NCBI GenBank assembly: GCA_030704615.1
Contig: CM060731.1
Location: 44,516,001-44,580,000 of the forward strand
DNA length: 64,000 nt
DNA from: Takakia lepidozioides
Taxonomy: Eukaryota > Plantae > Bryophyta
Direction: 5' to 3'
Below are positions 38,446-50,932 of the stretch, piece by piece. The notes under the pieces are model-generated. The model searched no databases. It saw nothing but the letters and a program-made list of their open reading frames with translations, and was not told where the DNA came from. The position numbers were made by a program, and so were the translations under genes. Positions within the stretch are counted from its first letter, which is position 1; every line of letters starts with the position of its first letter.

Positions 38446-39319
38446 ACAGCACCCACCATAAAACCCACATTAATCAACCCATGAAGACTTACATGTACAT
38501 TGAAAACTAGATAATGAGGACCGTCCAGTATAAGCAATCACTCAAAGTGCAGATTACTTTTGGTAGCATAAGAATATTTGCCACTATGGCAAGGGGTTGA
38601 TATTTGGGGGTTGCCTTTGAAGGCGCCGTAGTTGGTGCACTGTCGGTGGCAATATCAAGAGTGGCTTTCTCAGCCTGCAAACATCACGCCCAACACCCCT
38701 TAGTAGCAATGCATCTACTAATAGTTTGAAGTACCCAACATGTAAATGGCCACATTGTACAGAACTGATAGCCAACAGGTGCATGCATGCTCACCTCTAG
38801 TACGAAAACTGCTGCATAGAGAGGTGCCTCCAGTTGCAGCCTAACACAAGCCCCTCCACCCCACAAAGTTAGCAATTATGGAAAATAAGGTCAACCGGGC
38901 AACGAGCAAGGTCGGCAGTTCGTGAACGCATACAAACCTTGGTCCAACGTGCCAAAAAAAATTTGGCATCCAATGGCGTGAATGCATGGAATGTCATGCT
39001 CTGGTGCCCTAGCAATGTCCCACATCCATTCAGTATTAAAACCCTAACACATGTTCTAACCCTTTGAAATTTAATCCATGGGTCAAGCCATACATAGTCC
39101 AATTCGTAAGCCATTCATCTTTCTAACAAGGTTTCCAGGTCATTCACATTTAGGAAAGAACCTTGGTTTGATATATAACATTTACCACCATATATGCAGA
39201 TTGTAAACTCATCACAAAAGCAGATTGCAGGTCTGGAGATAAATCTCCGAAACCAGGCTCAAAGCATATCAGGTTAAAAATGAAACAATCAGCCACTCAT
39301 GCCTTAAGTTCATGAAGTT

Positions 39320-39680
39320 TTTACCTCGGTTGTCCCACCATTGACTGGGGTCAGAAAAGTATTCATTCCACAGCTTCTCCTCGTCTCAGATGTTACCTGT
39401 TTTTGGATACTTCCTTGTTGTCACATTGGCAGTACCATGTCAAAGTCGCTCCAAACTATCAAAGGCTCACTCAACCAGCTAACTTGCAAAATTCAACATG
39501 AAAATTTAGGGCCGATTCTGATAAGAGGGAAAAACAGGGTGAAATGTGTTGAAGAAGGTGCTTTCATTACCAGTGCCTGAGTTTATCATTGTGCCGCTGC
39601 TGCTGCGGCTTCTAGTTGACCAGTCACCATCTACCCATGCAGGTTTCTTGTAGCTATTGATCCATCTGGTACATTTCCAG
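39320..39680 (-). pseudogene. fragment resembling OSB-family (organellar ssDNA-binding) PDF motifs
   Basis: WINSYKKPAWVD (end of a PDF motif) and, downstream, EEKLWNEYFSDPSQWWDNRGK. Confidence 0.55.
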
Positions 39681-40272
39681 CTTTGGTGATGCAACCATGC
39701 ACCTCCGATGCCCTTTTCCAGGGCTGCCAGGCTTGCACACGCACTGCAAACGCACACAAACATGATGTGGTCGAACTTCACCCCTTCCCCCATCATTTGC
39801 TTTCAGGTCTCCAAAGCCCCATACAGCGCCCCTGCTCTGCACACCCTGCAAACATCACATTCCACAACACCACATCTCATTCAGCCATAGTGTTGAACAC
39901 TCCCTTGGCATCCTCAATGCTACCATATTTGGCATACATGGCCACCAGAGCAGTGTTCAGGATGACATCTGGAACAATTGCAGATTTGATCATGTCACCA
40001 GGGATCTCTTTGCCCTTTTCCAGGGCTGCCAGACACACTGCAAACACACACAAACCTTATGTCGGCGGGCTTCACCCCTTCCCCCATCATTTGCTCATAG
40101 GTTGGAGCCTCCATCCCGCACCCTTACTGTGCATACCCCGCAAGCATCGCACTCCACGACACCACATCTTGTTCAGCCATAGTGTTGAACACTCCCTTGG
40201 CATCCTCGATGCACCCACATTTGGCATACATGTCCACCAGGGCAGGGGCAGTGTTCAGAATGACATCTGGTA
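39681..40272 (-). pseudogene. PLS PPR fragments (about two triplets), frameshifted
   Basis: VDMYAKCGCIEDAKGVFNTMAEQDVVSWSAML and AMYAKYGSIEDAKGVFNTM, same style as the 6716 gene. Confidence 0.85.
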
Positions 40273-40294
40273 ATCTGACAAACATTCTCCTTTT

Positions 40295-40563
40295 AGAATT
40301 GTTCTAGCAAATGCCCCAACCCTACTGACTTAGAGGCTGTAGTGTCCAAAGCCATGTCCGTTTCCAGAAAATTGTCTGATGAAAATGAAGTTAGGCAGAA
40401 AACTTCCTTGGACTTGTTTCCAGTCTGTGACATGGGGGAGGACATCATGGATGACCTCAAGGGTCTACCCACTCTCGGCACCAGACTGAAATTTAAACTA
40501 AGGGCATGAATCCTACCTTTGAATAGCAAACAGAAGCAGAGAGGAAAGGGAGAGTGCAATTGC
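40295..40563 (+). mobile_element. internal fragment of the 248..3075 LINE family
   Basis: Reverse complement of ~640-880 (LFPVCDMGEDIMDDLKGLPTLGTRLKFKL..KQKQRGKGECNC). Confidence 0.9.
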
Positions 40564-40624
40564 ACCCAACTCAACTTATCACACTAGTTCCTATGATCAA
40601 TTGCATCTGCTACAGACAGGCATT

Positions 40625-40970
40625 CACCTTTTTGCCTCAGTTGTCCCACCAGTTACTGGGGTCAGAAAAGTATTCATCCCACAGCTTCTTCTCATATCTG
40701 TTACCCCCCACCTGTTTTGGATACTTAGGGATGGAACGACTCTAATAGCAGGGAATTCAGGTGAAATATGTTGAAGAAGGTACCTTCATTAGCAGTGGGG
40801 CCTTGTTTTACTAATCATTGCGCTGCTGCCATTGCTTTTTTTCAGTTTACCCCTCTACCCACTCGTAGCCATTGTGCTATTGAAGAAGGTGCCCCCCCTT
40901 CCCCCATCATTTGCTCAGCGCTCTCCAAAGCCTCCATCCCACTTCCCTGCCATGCATACCATGCTTCCAA
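40625..40970 (-). pseudogene. second PPR + OSB-like fragment (local duplicate of 39320-39800)
   Basis: EKKLWDEYFSDPSNWWDN*GKK, preceded by a PPR-like MEALESAEQMMGEG stretch. Nucleotide similarity to 39329-39620. Confidence 0.6.
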
Positions 40971-40984
40971 ACACCGTAAATGAT

Positions 40985-43900
40985 CCACTGTAGGTTTATG
41001 GCCCGTCTATTATTCATAGGGTGTCACTCCATTGTGCACTCGAGAACCTGAACGGTTGAGTACGTAGGTTGCAGTTTGGACTACCTCCCCGCAATATTGC
41101 AAGATCAATCACTGGGCGTGTAGCATGCTACGAATAGATTCAACGAGGGTTCTATTCTCTCGCTCTGCTGATCCATTCTGCCCCGGGGAATATGGGGCCG
41201 TGGTCTCATGGTGATTCCCAGCATCATCGAAGTATTTGGTGAACTTGGTGCTCAAATATTCGCCTCCCATGTCACTACGGAGCTTGTTAATTTTCACTAC
41301 ACCATTTGGGGGGGGGGGTTAGTGACGCTCTAGTGACGCCCCTGGCGTCACTAATGGTGATTTTTCGGCCCCGCGGAAATCGTAAATCTGTGACGCCTCA
41401 GCATCGCAATGGGGCCGTCGCAGAATGTAAGACTTAATGTGACGTCAGGGGGGTCGCAGATCCAACCCCCCTGAAAATTCCCAGTGACTGCGACGCTCCG
41501 GGCGTCACAAAATGGCCATACAGGGAATAAATGAAATAAAATCGCTTTTAAAATGCAACGCCATGGGGATTGTTGTTTGGGGCGTCCCATTTGAGGTTTT
41601 TTTGAATTTTGAATTTTGAATTTTGAAAAATGACGGGATCCACATGGTAAAAAAAAGGCGAGATTGCGCATGGCTCAAAAAATGGCGGGACACACATTAG
41701 CCACGTAGTGTGAAACCTAACCCTTCAACATGTTTTTGCAAGTAGCCGACACATATTGAGTTCTTAACTCATTCAACATATTGTTAGACAAATTTGAACT
41801 TAAGACCTTTAGATTATACACATAGTAAGACACTTCACACTAACCAACATATCGTTTGCCAAACTTACACACAAACTCATGATTTAATTCTACATAATAT
41901 AGTTCATGCGAGCGTTGCTCGTCACGACCTTAAAGCGATACTCCTCGCGTCGCTCAAATATAAGCGACGCCAGAGGCGTCACTTTTCCTGCATCCTCTAC
42001 TCTAAAAACCAAAAAATGATCAAGTCATTTGTAGTGATGCCTACAAATGACTTATCAACAAGAAAAACTCAAATGCGACGCCCCGGACGTCGCTAAAAAT
42101 GACTTAGCAAAAACAAAACTCAAATGCGACGCCTTGGACGTCGCATTCAAAATGCGATTTTTTTTTTTTTTTTTTTTTTTTTATAATAATTTTTAACTTT
42201 TTGGTGCTTGATGTGACGCTTTTGCGACGCCAATGCGTCGCATACAAAATGCGACGTTTTTTTTAAAAAAATAATAATAAATTAAAAAAAAAGATTCCCT
42301 TCTCGGGTGCTTGATACAACGTTTTTGCGACGGCTAGGGCGTCGTATTAAAAATACAATTTTTATTTTTATTTTTAATTTATTTGTTGCGACGCCTTCGC
42401 AGATGGGCTGTGACGTTTTTTTTTTTTTTTTTTTTTTTCGTCTGTTGCGACGCCTCAGAGACTTGACCAAAATCCACATAAAAGTGGATTTTGGTAGCTA
42501 GTGCGTCGCAAGCCCGTCGCAAGATGGGGACGCTGCGGGGGCGTCGTAGGGGAGAGGCGCCACGGGGGTAGGCGTCGCAAACCCCCCCTGTGGTGTTTGT
42601 TCCCAGTCTCTCTCAAAACTGCACCTGCTTCAAGCTGCTTGAAGGAATCGAAGACATTTGATTTCTTGCGGATGCAATACACATAATGGTACCCACTGAA
42701 ATCGTCCTTCAAAAGAACAAAATACCGGGCCCCTCCAAATGAGTTGACACTCATGGGCCCACAAATATCAGTGTGAAATAATTCACTAGCTTTTTGCGCA
42801 CGGAATGCCAGTGAGTGGACTGGGAACGGCTGCTTGTGGTTCTTCCCAAAGACACAACCTTTGCATAGGCTAGGCTCATAGTTGGCTGCAAGTTGCAGAC
42901 CTGTAACCATATTGTTTTTTACCATCTGGAGCATCATGTTGGTGTTGACACGGCCGAAACACTCATGCACACACTCAAGCTTTTGGCAACAGGCATTTTT
43001 CCATTGGGAGGTGGATTTGGATTGGTCAGGGCGACATTGGCCTTGCTTGTGGGCTTCACCACCCTCAGCTGTAGGACCCATACAATTTGTCAGACCGAAT
43101 GCCAGTCAACACAACTTTGCCTCGTCCTTCTTGCAGGCTAGTGAGAAAACATTCCCCTCGCCTATAGCTGCTTGACCTACTAAAAAGTAAAGGTCATTCT
43201 TGAGCTTTGGTACGTAGAGGACGCGTGACATCGTTCTCTTTTCCCAGTTACTATCAACCAGACACTCGATCACAATGTTGTCGGCACCACAAACCCAAAG
43301 CTTTGTGTTATCGGCAATCATAACTGGCCATTTGCATGGAGGAATCTCCTGAAGAGTATCAACCTACTCCAACTTATCCGTCATATGCTCAATGGCACCA
43401 CCATCTGCATACCAAGTGATGTCACTATTGTTGCTAGAATTGTAGGTGATCGTAACAAAGGCAACACTGTCAAATTCTTCGGAGGCGATGATGTTTACTT
43501 CGCTCTTAGATTTCTCATCTTGTTTCTTCTTTTCGCACTCCTTTTCCCATTGACCTTTTGCGCGACAATAGTTGCATCTGGTTCGCTTCTTAAGCTCAGC
43601 GATTCGCTGGGCTTGCTTAATTTTCTCCTTAGCTGTGGCATCCTTTTGCATGCTACTATTGCTTGGCTAAAGAAAAATGTTTTATCATGACCTCCTTCCT
43701 CAGATACGTCATGTATGCCGTTGTGACCTTCCTCCTTCAGCAATCGGAGGGTGAGGTTTTCAATGGTCTGCTGGTCGGCGAGGACGCTGTCCCATGCAGA
43801 GGCCAGATGTCTGTAACTTTGTGGCAAAGTTCCTATAATCTTGGTCATGACAGCTTGGTCTGAAATGGTCTCTCCAAGATCATTGAGCTGGTTCGCCATG

Positions 43901-44435
43901 ACCTCAACAATGGTGATGTGGTTGGCAATGTTGTCATCAGATTTCATGCGAAAATCAAAGAACTTTTGATGGAGCAGCTGTAGGTTTTCGGTGGCGTTCT
44001 GCTAATGCACGGTGCAGAGGCGTCGCCACATTTGTGGGGAGGTCCTGCTAGTTATCAACTGCCGCAAAAACTTAGTATCTACAGAAGAACAAATGATGGA
44101 TTGGCAAATACTATCTTTATCAATCCACTCATCCTCATTCTATGCATCCTCTCTAATGGCAGTCCCGACAACTATATTATATAGCTTCTTGGCACGAAGC
44201 ATGACACTCATATGAAATTTCCACATGCTAAATTCTCTCCGTTGAGCTTGTTTACTTTGATCAGGTCCCGAGCTGGATCTTTCTAACTCCCATCTCTCCC
44301 TTAAAGATCAGATAGGATAAAAATGACCACTACCCAGAAACTATGACTCAACGGCTACCAATGGAAGTCAAAGAAAAAAAAGGTGTTGATACAAAATCTA
44401 TCTATGGAAGCTGCAAAGGCCGTGGCCCCATAACC
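40985..44435 (-). mobile_element. Ty1/copia retrotransposon (gag-PR-INT), 3'-truncated, decayed
   Basis: PBS-like GGTTATGGGGCCA at 44423-44435; gag CNYCRAKGQWEKEC; PR WYADGGAIEHM; GAG-pre-integrase (CKGCVFGK); INT FHTDICGP, LRSDMGGEY and QNGSAERENRTL. RT is absent. Confidence 0.92.
41295..42595. mobile_element. non-autonomous CACTA element inserted in the copia integrase
   Basis: Termini CACTACA... and ...TGTGGTG, 3-bp TSD TTT, GCGACG/CGTCGC subterminal repeats. Removing it restores ETGNK-INKLRSD. Confidence 0.9.
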
Positions 44436-45099
44436 TATATTAGAAATTATTGACGAGGATAGACTTGCACGAGTCAGGAATGCCGCGCAAAGACTTTGTT
44501 TATTCTGATTCAGATCACAGGAACTAAATAAAGCTGGACTCACACTTTGCACATAATGAGATACAAGTCTAACACAAGATCAGAGACTATATACCTAGCT
44601 TCCATACCTTAGCATGAGTAAAGGCAGGAACAAGATATGAGTACTGTTCACAGCTACTGGAATGACACATGATCTGAGATCGTGCTTGGCTATGAGTAAC
44701 AGGAACACTGGGCACATGCAGTAAGTATAAGTGGCTGAGTCCTGTAAGCGGCGGAGCTTGAAAGTGGATCGTGGCTTTTTCTAGAACATGAGTATACTCT
44801 ACAAGTAGAATGCCAAGTGCAGGTACATGTGATTTCTAAGTTTATATATGGAGCCAGCGAATGTCCATACACATCTGACCTTCCACAAATGCCACATGAT
44901 TGCTGTTCTGGATGCTTCGGAAACACAACATTTGATTTTTTTTTTGTTTGGTTTGTCTGTCATAGTTAAGCAATAAAACAAGCAGGGTAAAGGGCCTTGG
45001 TTCCATGTTTGGTAGAAGCTGGTAACTATTGGCCAAATTGTCTTAGGAGCTTTGAAAGCAGCGTTTGCAAAGAAGCGCTTACGGAAATTCCAACCATTG

Positions 45100-47128
45100 T
45101 CCCACCTTCAAAATTATGTAACTTGTGATTTACCACAAAAAGCTTGTGCACTACCTTTGGATGGCTTAAGTTTGTCACATATTGTGGTCCAGATCAATGT
45201 CCAGTTTTCATGCTGAAAACCATAGTTTGACCATCTTCCATCCCACTTACCCTCCATCGGTTAAGGATCCAGGGAGGCCCTATAAGCTTTTTTGCAGAGT
45301 ATGTGAAGAAGGGGTCGAGGCAAAGTCCCAAGACCATTCTGCAGGATCTAGCTCCAGGTTTGTAGCGGACGGTCGAGAATCAAAACAAACGTGTTGTTGT
45401 TCAACCAGCTGATCACCAAAGGGCCGATGGTGGGCATGGGTTGGGGGTTCATGTCTTTTTGTTTGCTTGACCAATGACAGATCCTGAACAAAGTGGTAGC
45501 AAAGCATGAAATGAAGACGGGAGCTGCAGAGGTCAGCTGCTGAACAAAGGTGGTTGGGTCTACCTTAAATACATAGGCTTCAAAAGAAACACCATTATGG
45601 ATGGATCCCATGAACAAATAAAATTTGTCATGATTGGTGAGTGTCCATAATTGGGGTCCGATTCCATATAGGCCCATGATGTGCAAAAGGTTCTTCCATG
45701 AGAGTGGAATGCTGTCTAAAACCAGATGGTAGCCAGTCCTTGCTCTAACTGCCCCCAACGTATTTTTGAGAGGTTATTTCCCCCTAAATGAGTTCCTTGC
45801 CCATATGTCTTGGATTTGACGAATTTCCTTGAAATCCCGTGCAGACCAACGCCTGGCCTGTCATTTGTGAAGAGGAGAAAGGGTCGAGTTTAGAAATAGG
45901 AGAGCTAGAGGTAATATTGTCTAGGATCAGAAGCTTCCCCCCTTCTGGGTCAATGAATCTTGGAAGCCATTTTCGTAGGAGCATAGTAACTTGGGTTGCG
46001 GGTTCCAAGACTCCTAGACCCCCCCCTTTCTTTGGAAGCAGAGTTGAGCCGAGGATAGGGCTGACCTCCTTTGCTGGTTTGACGTAGCCCCCCATAGAAA
46101 GTTACGGATTAGTTTCTTTATAATCTCTTGGATCTGGATCGCATCTGGGGCCCATGTGGATGCGAAATACCATACGTCATTCATCAAAATCTGGTTGGCC
46201 ACCAGGGCCCTTCCGGTAAGCGTGAGATGTTAAGGACCCCAGTAGGTCATTTTAGATTTCAATCTTGCTAGTACGGCGGGAGCTGGCAATGTTGCTCATC
46301 GAAAAGGTTGATGCCAAAGGTAGTAACCAAGTAGGGTGGTGGCATGTCCTTCAAGTAGCCATTATGTATTCCCCCGAAGTAGGTGGGTTTTGGAGGTCTG
46401 ATTTAAGATCGCGTCCCCCACAAGAACTGTGGTTGTTTTGTTCCAGTTAATGTTGAAACCTGAAGTTGCACAAAATATCTGCAGCGTAGAAGTCGCTTGG
46501 GCAAGGTTCTGACGTTCAGATGCTTGGAGGAGGAGAAAGGTATCATCAATTGAGTCCTTTACCTGGAGCCAATTGTAGGTAAAGTGGTTCCTAATTGAGG
46601 CTTGAATTCTCGGGTTTGCATCCAAAGAGGAAGAGAAATGGAGCTAGGGGGCAACTTTGACGAACAGATCATTGAAGTGGAAATGGTTTGGAAAGGTGAC
46701 CATTGATCAGAACGCGACTGGTGGAGTTGGAGAGAAGGATACTGACCCATTGGCAAAAGTCCTTCGGCAGGCCTATCTTTTTCCAGTGTCTTCAAAAGGA
46801 GATCCCAGCCCACCCTATCAAAGGCCTTCTCAAAGTCTAGAAGGATCCTAGCTATTGCTTGCTCTGTCATTTGCGCATAGGCAGGTGTTTCCTGAGCCAA
46901 AAAGATGTTGTCTAGGATGCATTTTCCTTTAACAAAACCTCCTTGTGAATCAATTCTAATGCAGGTAAGAAGTAAGGGTTGGAGCCTAAAAACAATAGCC
47001 TTAGAAATGATCTTGTAGGCCACATTAAGCAATATAATAGGGCGGTAGTTGGAGATGTCCAGACGGTTCCTTTTTTTGTACATAAGCACTATAACTCCCT
47101 GAGCCAAGGTCCAAGACCATGCCGGCAA
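45100..47128 (-). mobile_element. L1/Tx1-clade LINE ORF2 fragment, decayed
   Basis: SNYRPIILLNVAYKI, GFVKGKCILDNI, LDFEKAFDRV, IDDTFL, SGFNINWNKT and LPKKGGGLGV, with many frameshifts. Confidence 0.88.
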
Positions 47129-49726
47129 AAATGGCCTTTAGTTTTTATTTTTTATCGTTATTTCGTGTGGTTGAGTCCACTAGAATATTTCAACACAAAA
47201 GAGCTTTTGTTGTGAAATTTAGTAGTATGTAAAATTTTCCGCCCTTCTGATACAACTCTCAACTTAGAAAAATCCGAGGGTAAGAATTTTATCTATGGTG
47301 AAGCCAACTCGAAAATATCCCTGACCTGTCAAAGTCCATAATCCATAATTGCCCACGGCAAAGTGACGCACCTAATTCTAGATTGGGAAACTCCATGCAA
47401 TGTCAAGATGAGACTCTTGCCAAAATGCCTCTTTGTGCTTGAAGCGTATGTGTTGTAGGACATGGCAAAAATTTCAAAACAGTGTCTGATATCTTGACTT
47501 TAGCAAGGTTTGTAGGTCTTGCAGACAAACATTTTCTTAACTGGGGTTGGTATCGTGTGAGCATGCTCACGTCAGCACAACCTACGGTCATGGGGGGTTT
47601 ATCTTTTTTAATCCCGGTCATAGGAGTTACATGCTTTCAAAATGGGAAACAAGACCATATATGAACTCTAATTCAGACGTGGTTTCAAGGCAAACCCTAG
47701 ACCTGTAGCGGCGGCAGCAGAGGGTTTCGCTTTGAGAAATCCTTTCAGGGGTCATATTTTCGCCCCACACCTATATAGTAACATGTTTATCATGTATAGG
47801 GGTTATTTGTTCTTTATGTGTTGTGATTATTGCTCATGTGAACAGCTAAAAAAAGTTTTGCAGGTTTTTGAGTTTCACAAATTATCGTTTTGCTGCGGAA
47901 TATTATCCAGGTATTTGTATGCAGAATATACCCTCGTGCTTGTGCTACCTAACCTCCCTTTAACCCCGAAACTCCCGCAACGCTCAAAATGGGCCAAATT
48001 GGTTGTTGAAGGGTGTGTAACTTTTGCAGATGTACGCCAAATTCCCCAAAATTTGCTAGATGCGGCCTATTTCATTTTGTCAACCAATTTCATTACTCTC
48101 TCCCGCCTTGCGCGTGTTGTTGGGTGCTCACTATCCCTTTCATGTTGCCTTTTACTTGCTTTAATGCAGGTCGACTAGAAAAAAAAAATGGGAGAAAAAT
48201 TCTAAAAACTCTACAAAAAAAATTCTACAAACTCCTTCACATGACAATTCCAAGACCTTCCCCCCCTTCCCCTCCTACCCTACATAAACCCACCCCACTA
48301 TTTGACACGTGTCTAGTAATTGCACCCCCCAAATACTCTAATCTGAGCCCACCATTGCTTCTTCCAATGGTGCGCCTATTTTTCTATCTTCCATAAATTG
48401 TGACATTGTCTCCCCCCTCTTTCTAGGTGTCCCTACAGCCCGGGTCCACTCGCCCACTCATCAAGCCCCCCTATTTCCTCTCATCTGCGTGTCCTCCCCC
48501 TCCTTTTCCACCCGCCCCTCCACATCGTTTTGCCATCTTCTCATTTGCTGATTTTCTTTGAAATGAAACTTGGGATACATATTTGACCAAGTGGAAAGTG
48601 ACATAATCTGTTTCAATTTCGGAGATCTTGGTCTTGTTAGAACAAGAACGCTGAAAAATATGTGGAGGATTGATTAATGGACTCACATAAATGGTAAGCA
48701 GATACCCAAATGGACATTCGTACACTGCATGCAGCAACGGCTGGGTTTTTACACGTCTTCCCCCATTGGCCAAAAATTTGGCCAAGGCGTGCAAGGACAG
48801 GTGGCTGGGTATTGTCTGGTTCAATTATCAAAATTACGACTTTTCCCCAAATTACAGGCTTTTCATTGGACTGGGTCATTTTCTTTTCGGAAATGTCAAC
48901 AGACCCCTAGATGTTTAGAGGTTAAACTCAAATAGATGTGATATATTTAATAAATAAATAAAACCAATGACAAGAGACCTAAGAAATGAATTAGATGTTG
49001 GAAAGTCAAAGCAATATGGACCTACTAATAAGTCACAAGAGAAGCATATGCAAAACCAAGCATGCAAGAGTAAGACTTTATGGAAAAATGTTTGCCCATC
49101 TAGAGAATTATAATGCACATAGAATTCTCATTTTTTTTTTTTATCAAAGATCAAGTTGGAATCACGAACTCCTCTCACTACTTGCTTGGTGACTAACACG
49201 CGGCGGAGGGCTCGTAGTACCTGCTGCCTACCCTTCGCTCCGAGAACCGTGTGAACAGAGAGTGCCGCTATGAGGCAGGGAGTTTTTTTTTTGCTTCATT
49301 TTCCGGGAAAAAGCCGTTTTCGCTGCGCCCCTTCCTAGCTCCAAAACGAAGAAACCTTTCCGTAAGCCAGAAGCTTTGCGGACCATAGAACATAGAACTA
49401 GTCTGGTGCATTTCGTTGCACTTCCATATAATTAATGGGCCTGATTTGTGAGCTGTCGCTCTCAGGTATTTCCCTTTAAAAACAGAAAAACATGCTCATT
49501 TAATGGGAGCACTCGATATTGAAAGAGATATAATATATCCCAAAAATTGGAATAAAGTCTCCACTAGTTTGTGAAAAGTACAAAGACAATAAACAACAAC
49601 TTATTGTTGCACCTCAATTCAAGTCGACCATATTATTTTGTAGAACAGATTGTGTCGGCAAAGGCCCATTCCTTATACAATTTAACTGGGGGTTTCTGGA
49701 TGATGAACCTCCACAGGAAGACAAGC

Positions 49727-50932
49727 CCGTACTTACCTAGCTTATTAGGCACTTCCGCACCTAATAATTAATAAAAATGGAATATTATTAGGCAGATTCG
49801 TTTTTATTATTTAGGCACCTCACCTAGGTAATTTCCAGACATTAGGCATGTATTACAGTCGACCCTGGATAAATGTTACATGCTTTTTTGTTATGTCACC
49901 CTTAATGTTATGAAATCTTTGCTATGTAAAAATTACACTTGAAAATGGCATGACTAGAGCGTTATTTGATATGTGTTATGAAAATATGGCTCTCCTCTTT
50001 GTTAGGACACCTCCATAGTTGTTAGATCTTATGCTGAGCCTTAATATAGTGGTTTGAGAAAACATTCATCCTCTGCTTAACTGATTGTTGGAGCGTCCAT
50101 CGGTCTGAAGATCTCAAGGCTTATATGCAAGAGAATCATCCATATATTTGTCTTTCACACATTTCTGCAAATTGCACAACAAAGTTGCAGCTTGCTGAGG
50201 TTACATTACAGAGTCAAGTGTCCATTTTCAGCTCGATTCAAGAATTGGTCTGCAAGAGAGATTCAAGAACATATAAGGGCTGGTGTGCCTGCAGGTCAAA
50301 ATATTGTTGAAGACAAAGTTGCCAATTATGCGTGAACTTGTGGTTTGTTGGTTGTATGAGTCTTGGGTGGAGGTGAAGTGCCAATTTCCAAAGATGATTT
50401 TGTTAAGTTGGAGATTTTGTGGAATTTTACGAGCATTTCAAGATGTCTTTCAGGATGAGGCAATGAGAGCGAGTTTTACATCTTCTTTGTTTTCAAACCC
50501 AGACACCCAAGAGGAAGGAGATCTTGTCATGGAGGATGTTCCAGATGTCTATCTTGATGGAAGTGTCACTGAGAGCATGAGCCGATGTCTTGCAAACATG
50601 CATATTGAGGATGATGATGTTCCTCACCTTAACATTATCTCAGATTCAGAAGATTCCCAGGAGATAGGTTATGACACTTATGAGGATGTAGTTGCATCAA
50701 TGCATGGCCTTTTGGAAGTTTTTTGGACATGAAATTTTAATAAATTTTTGCCATTTGTTTGCATTTTCCCCACATATTTGGGCATTTTGGTAAATTTTCA
50801 CAATTTTCGAGCAATTAGGCACTTATCAGGAATTTTTTCCCATGTTTTTAGGTGCATTTTCAAAAAAAATCTAAATTTAATTAGGCAATTGATTTTGAAT
50901 TAATTATTGCCTAATAAGCTAGGTAAGTACGG
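49727..50932 (+). mobile_element. pogo/Tc1-mariner-like non-autonomous element
   Basis: Perfect 25-bp TIRs ccgtacttacctagcttattaggca at 49727-49751 and 50908-50932. Internal frame 50283..50732 resembles a DDE_1 transposase C-terminus (VCWLYESW..ILLSWRFCGI). A TA TSD is not preserved. Confidence 0.8.

Noticed and set aside
38584-39114. ULP1-like protease remnant (QCGHLHVGYF)
   Set aside because: Too decayed; only one weak motif.
47130-49570. Helitron ending at ...ccaCTAGt (~49567)
   Set aside because: There is no convincing subterminal hairpin, 5' TC end or RepHel sequence.
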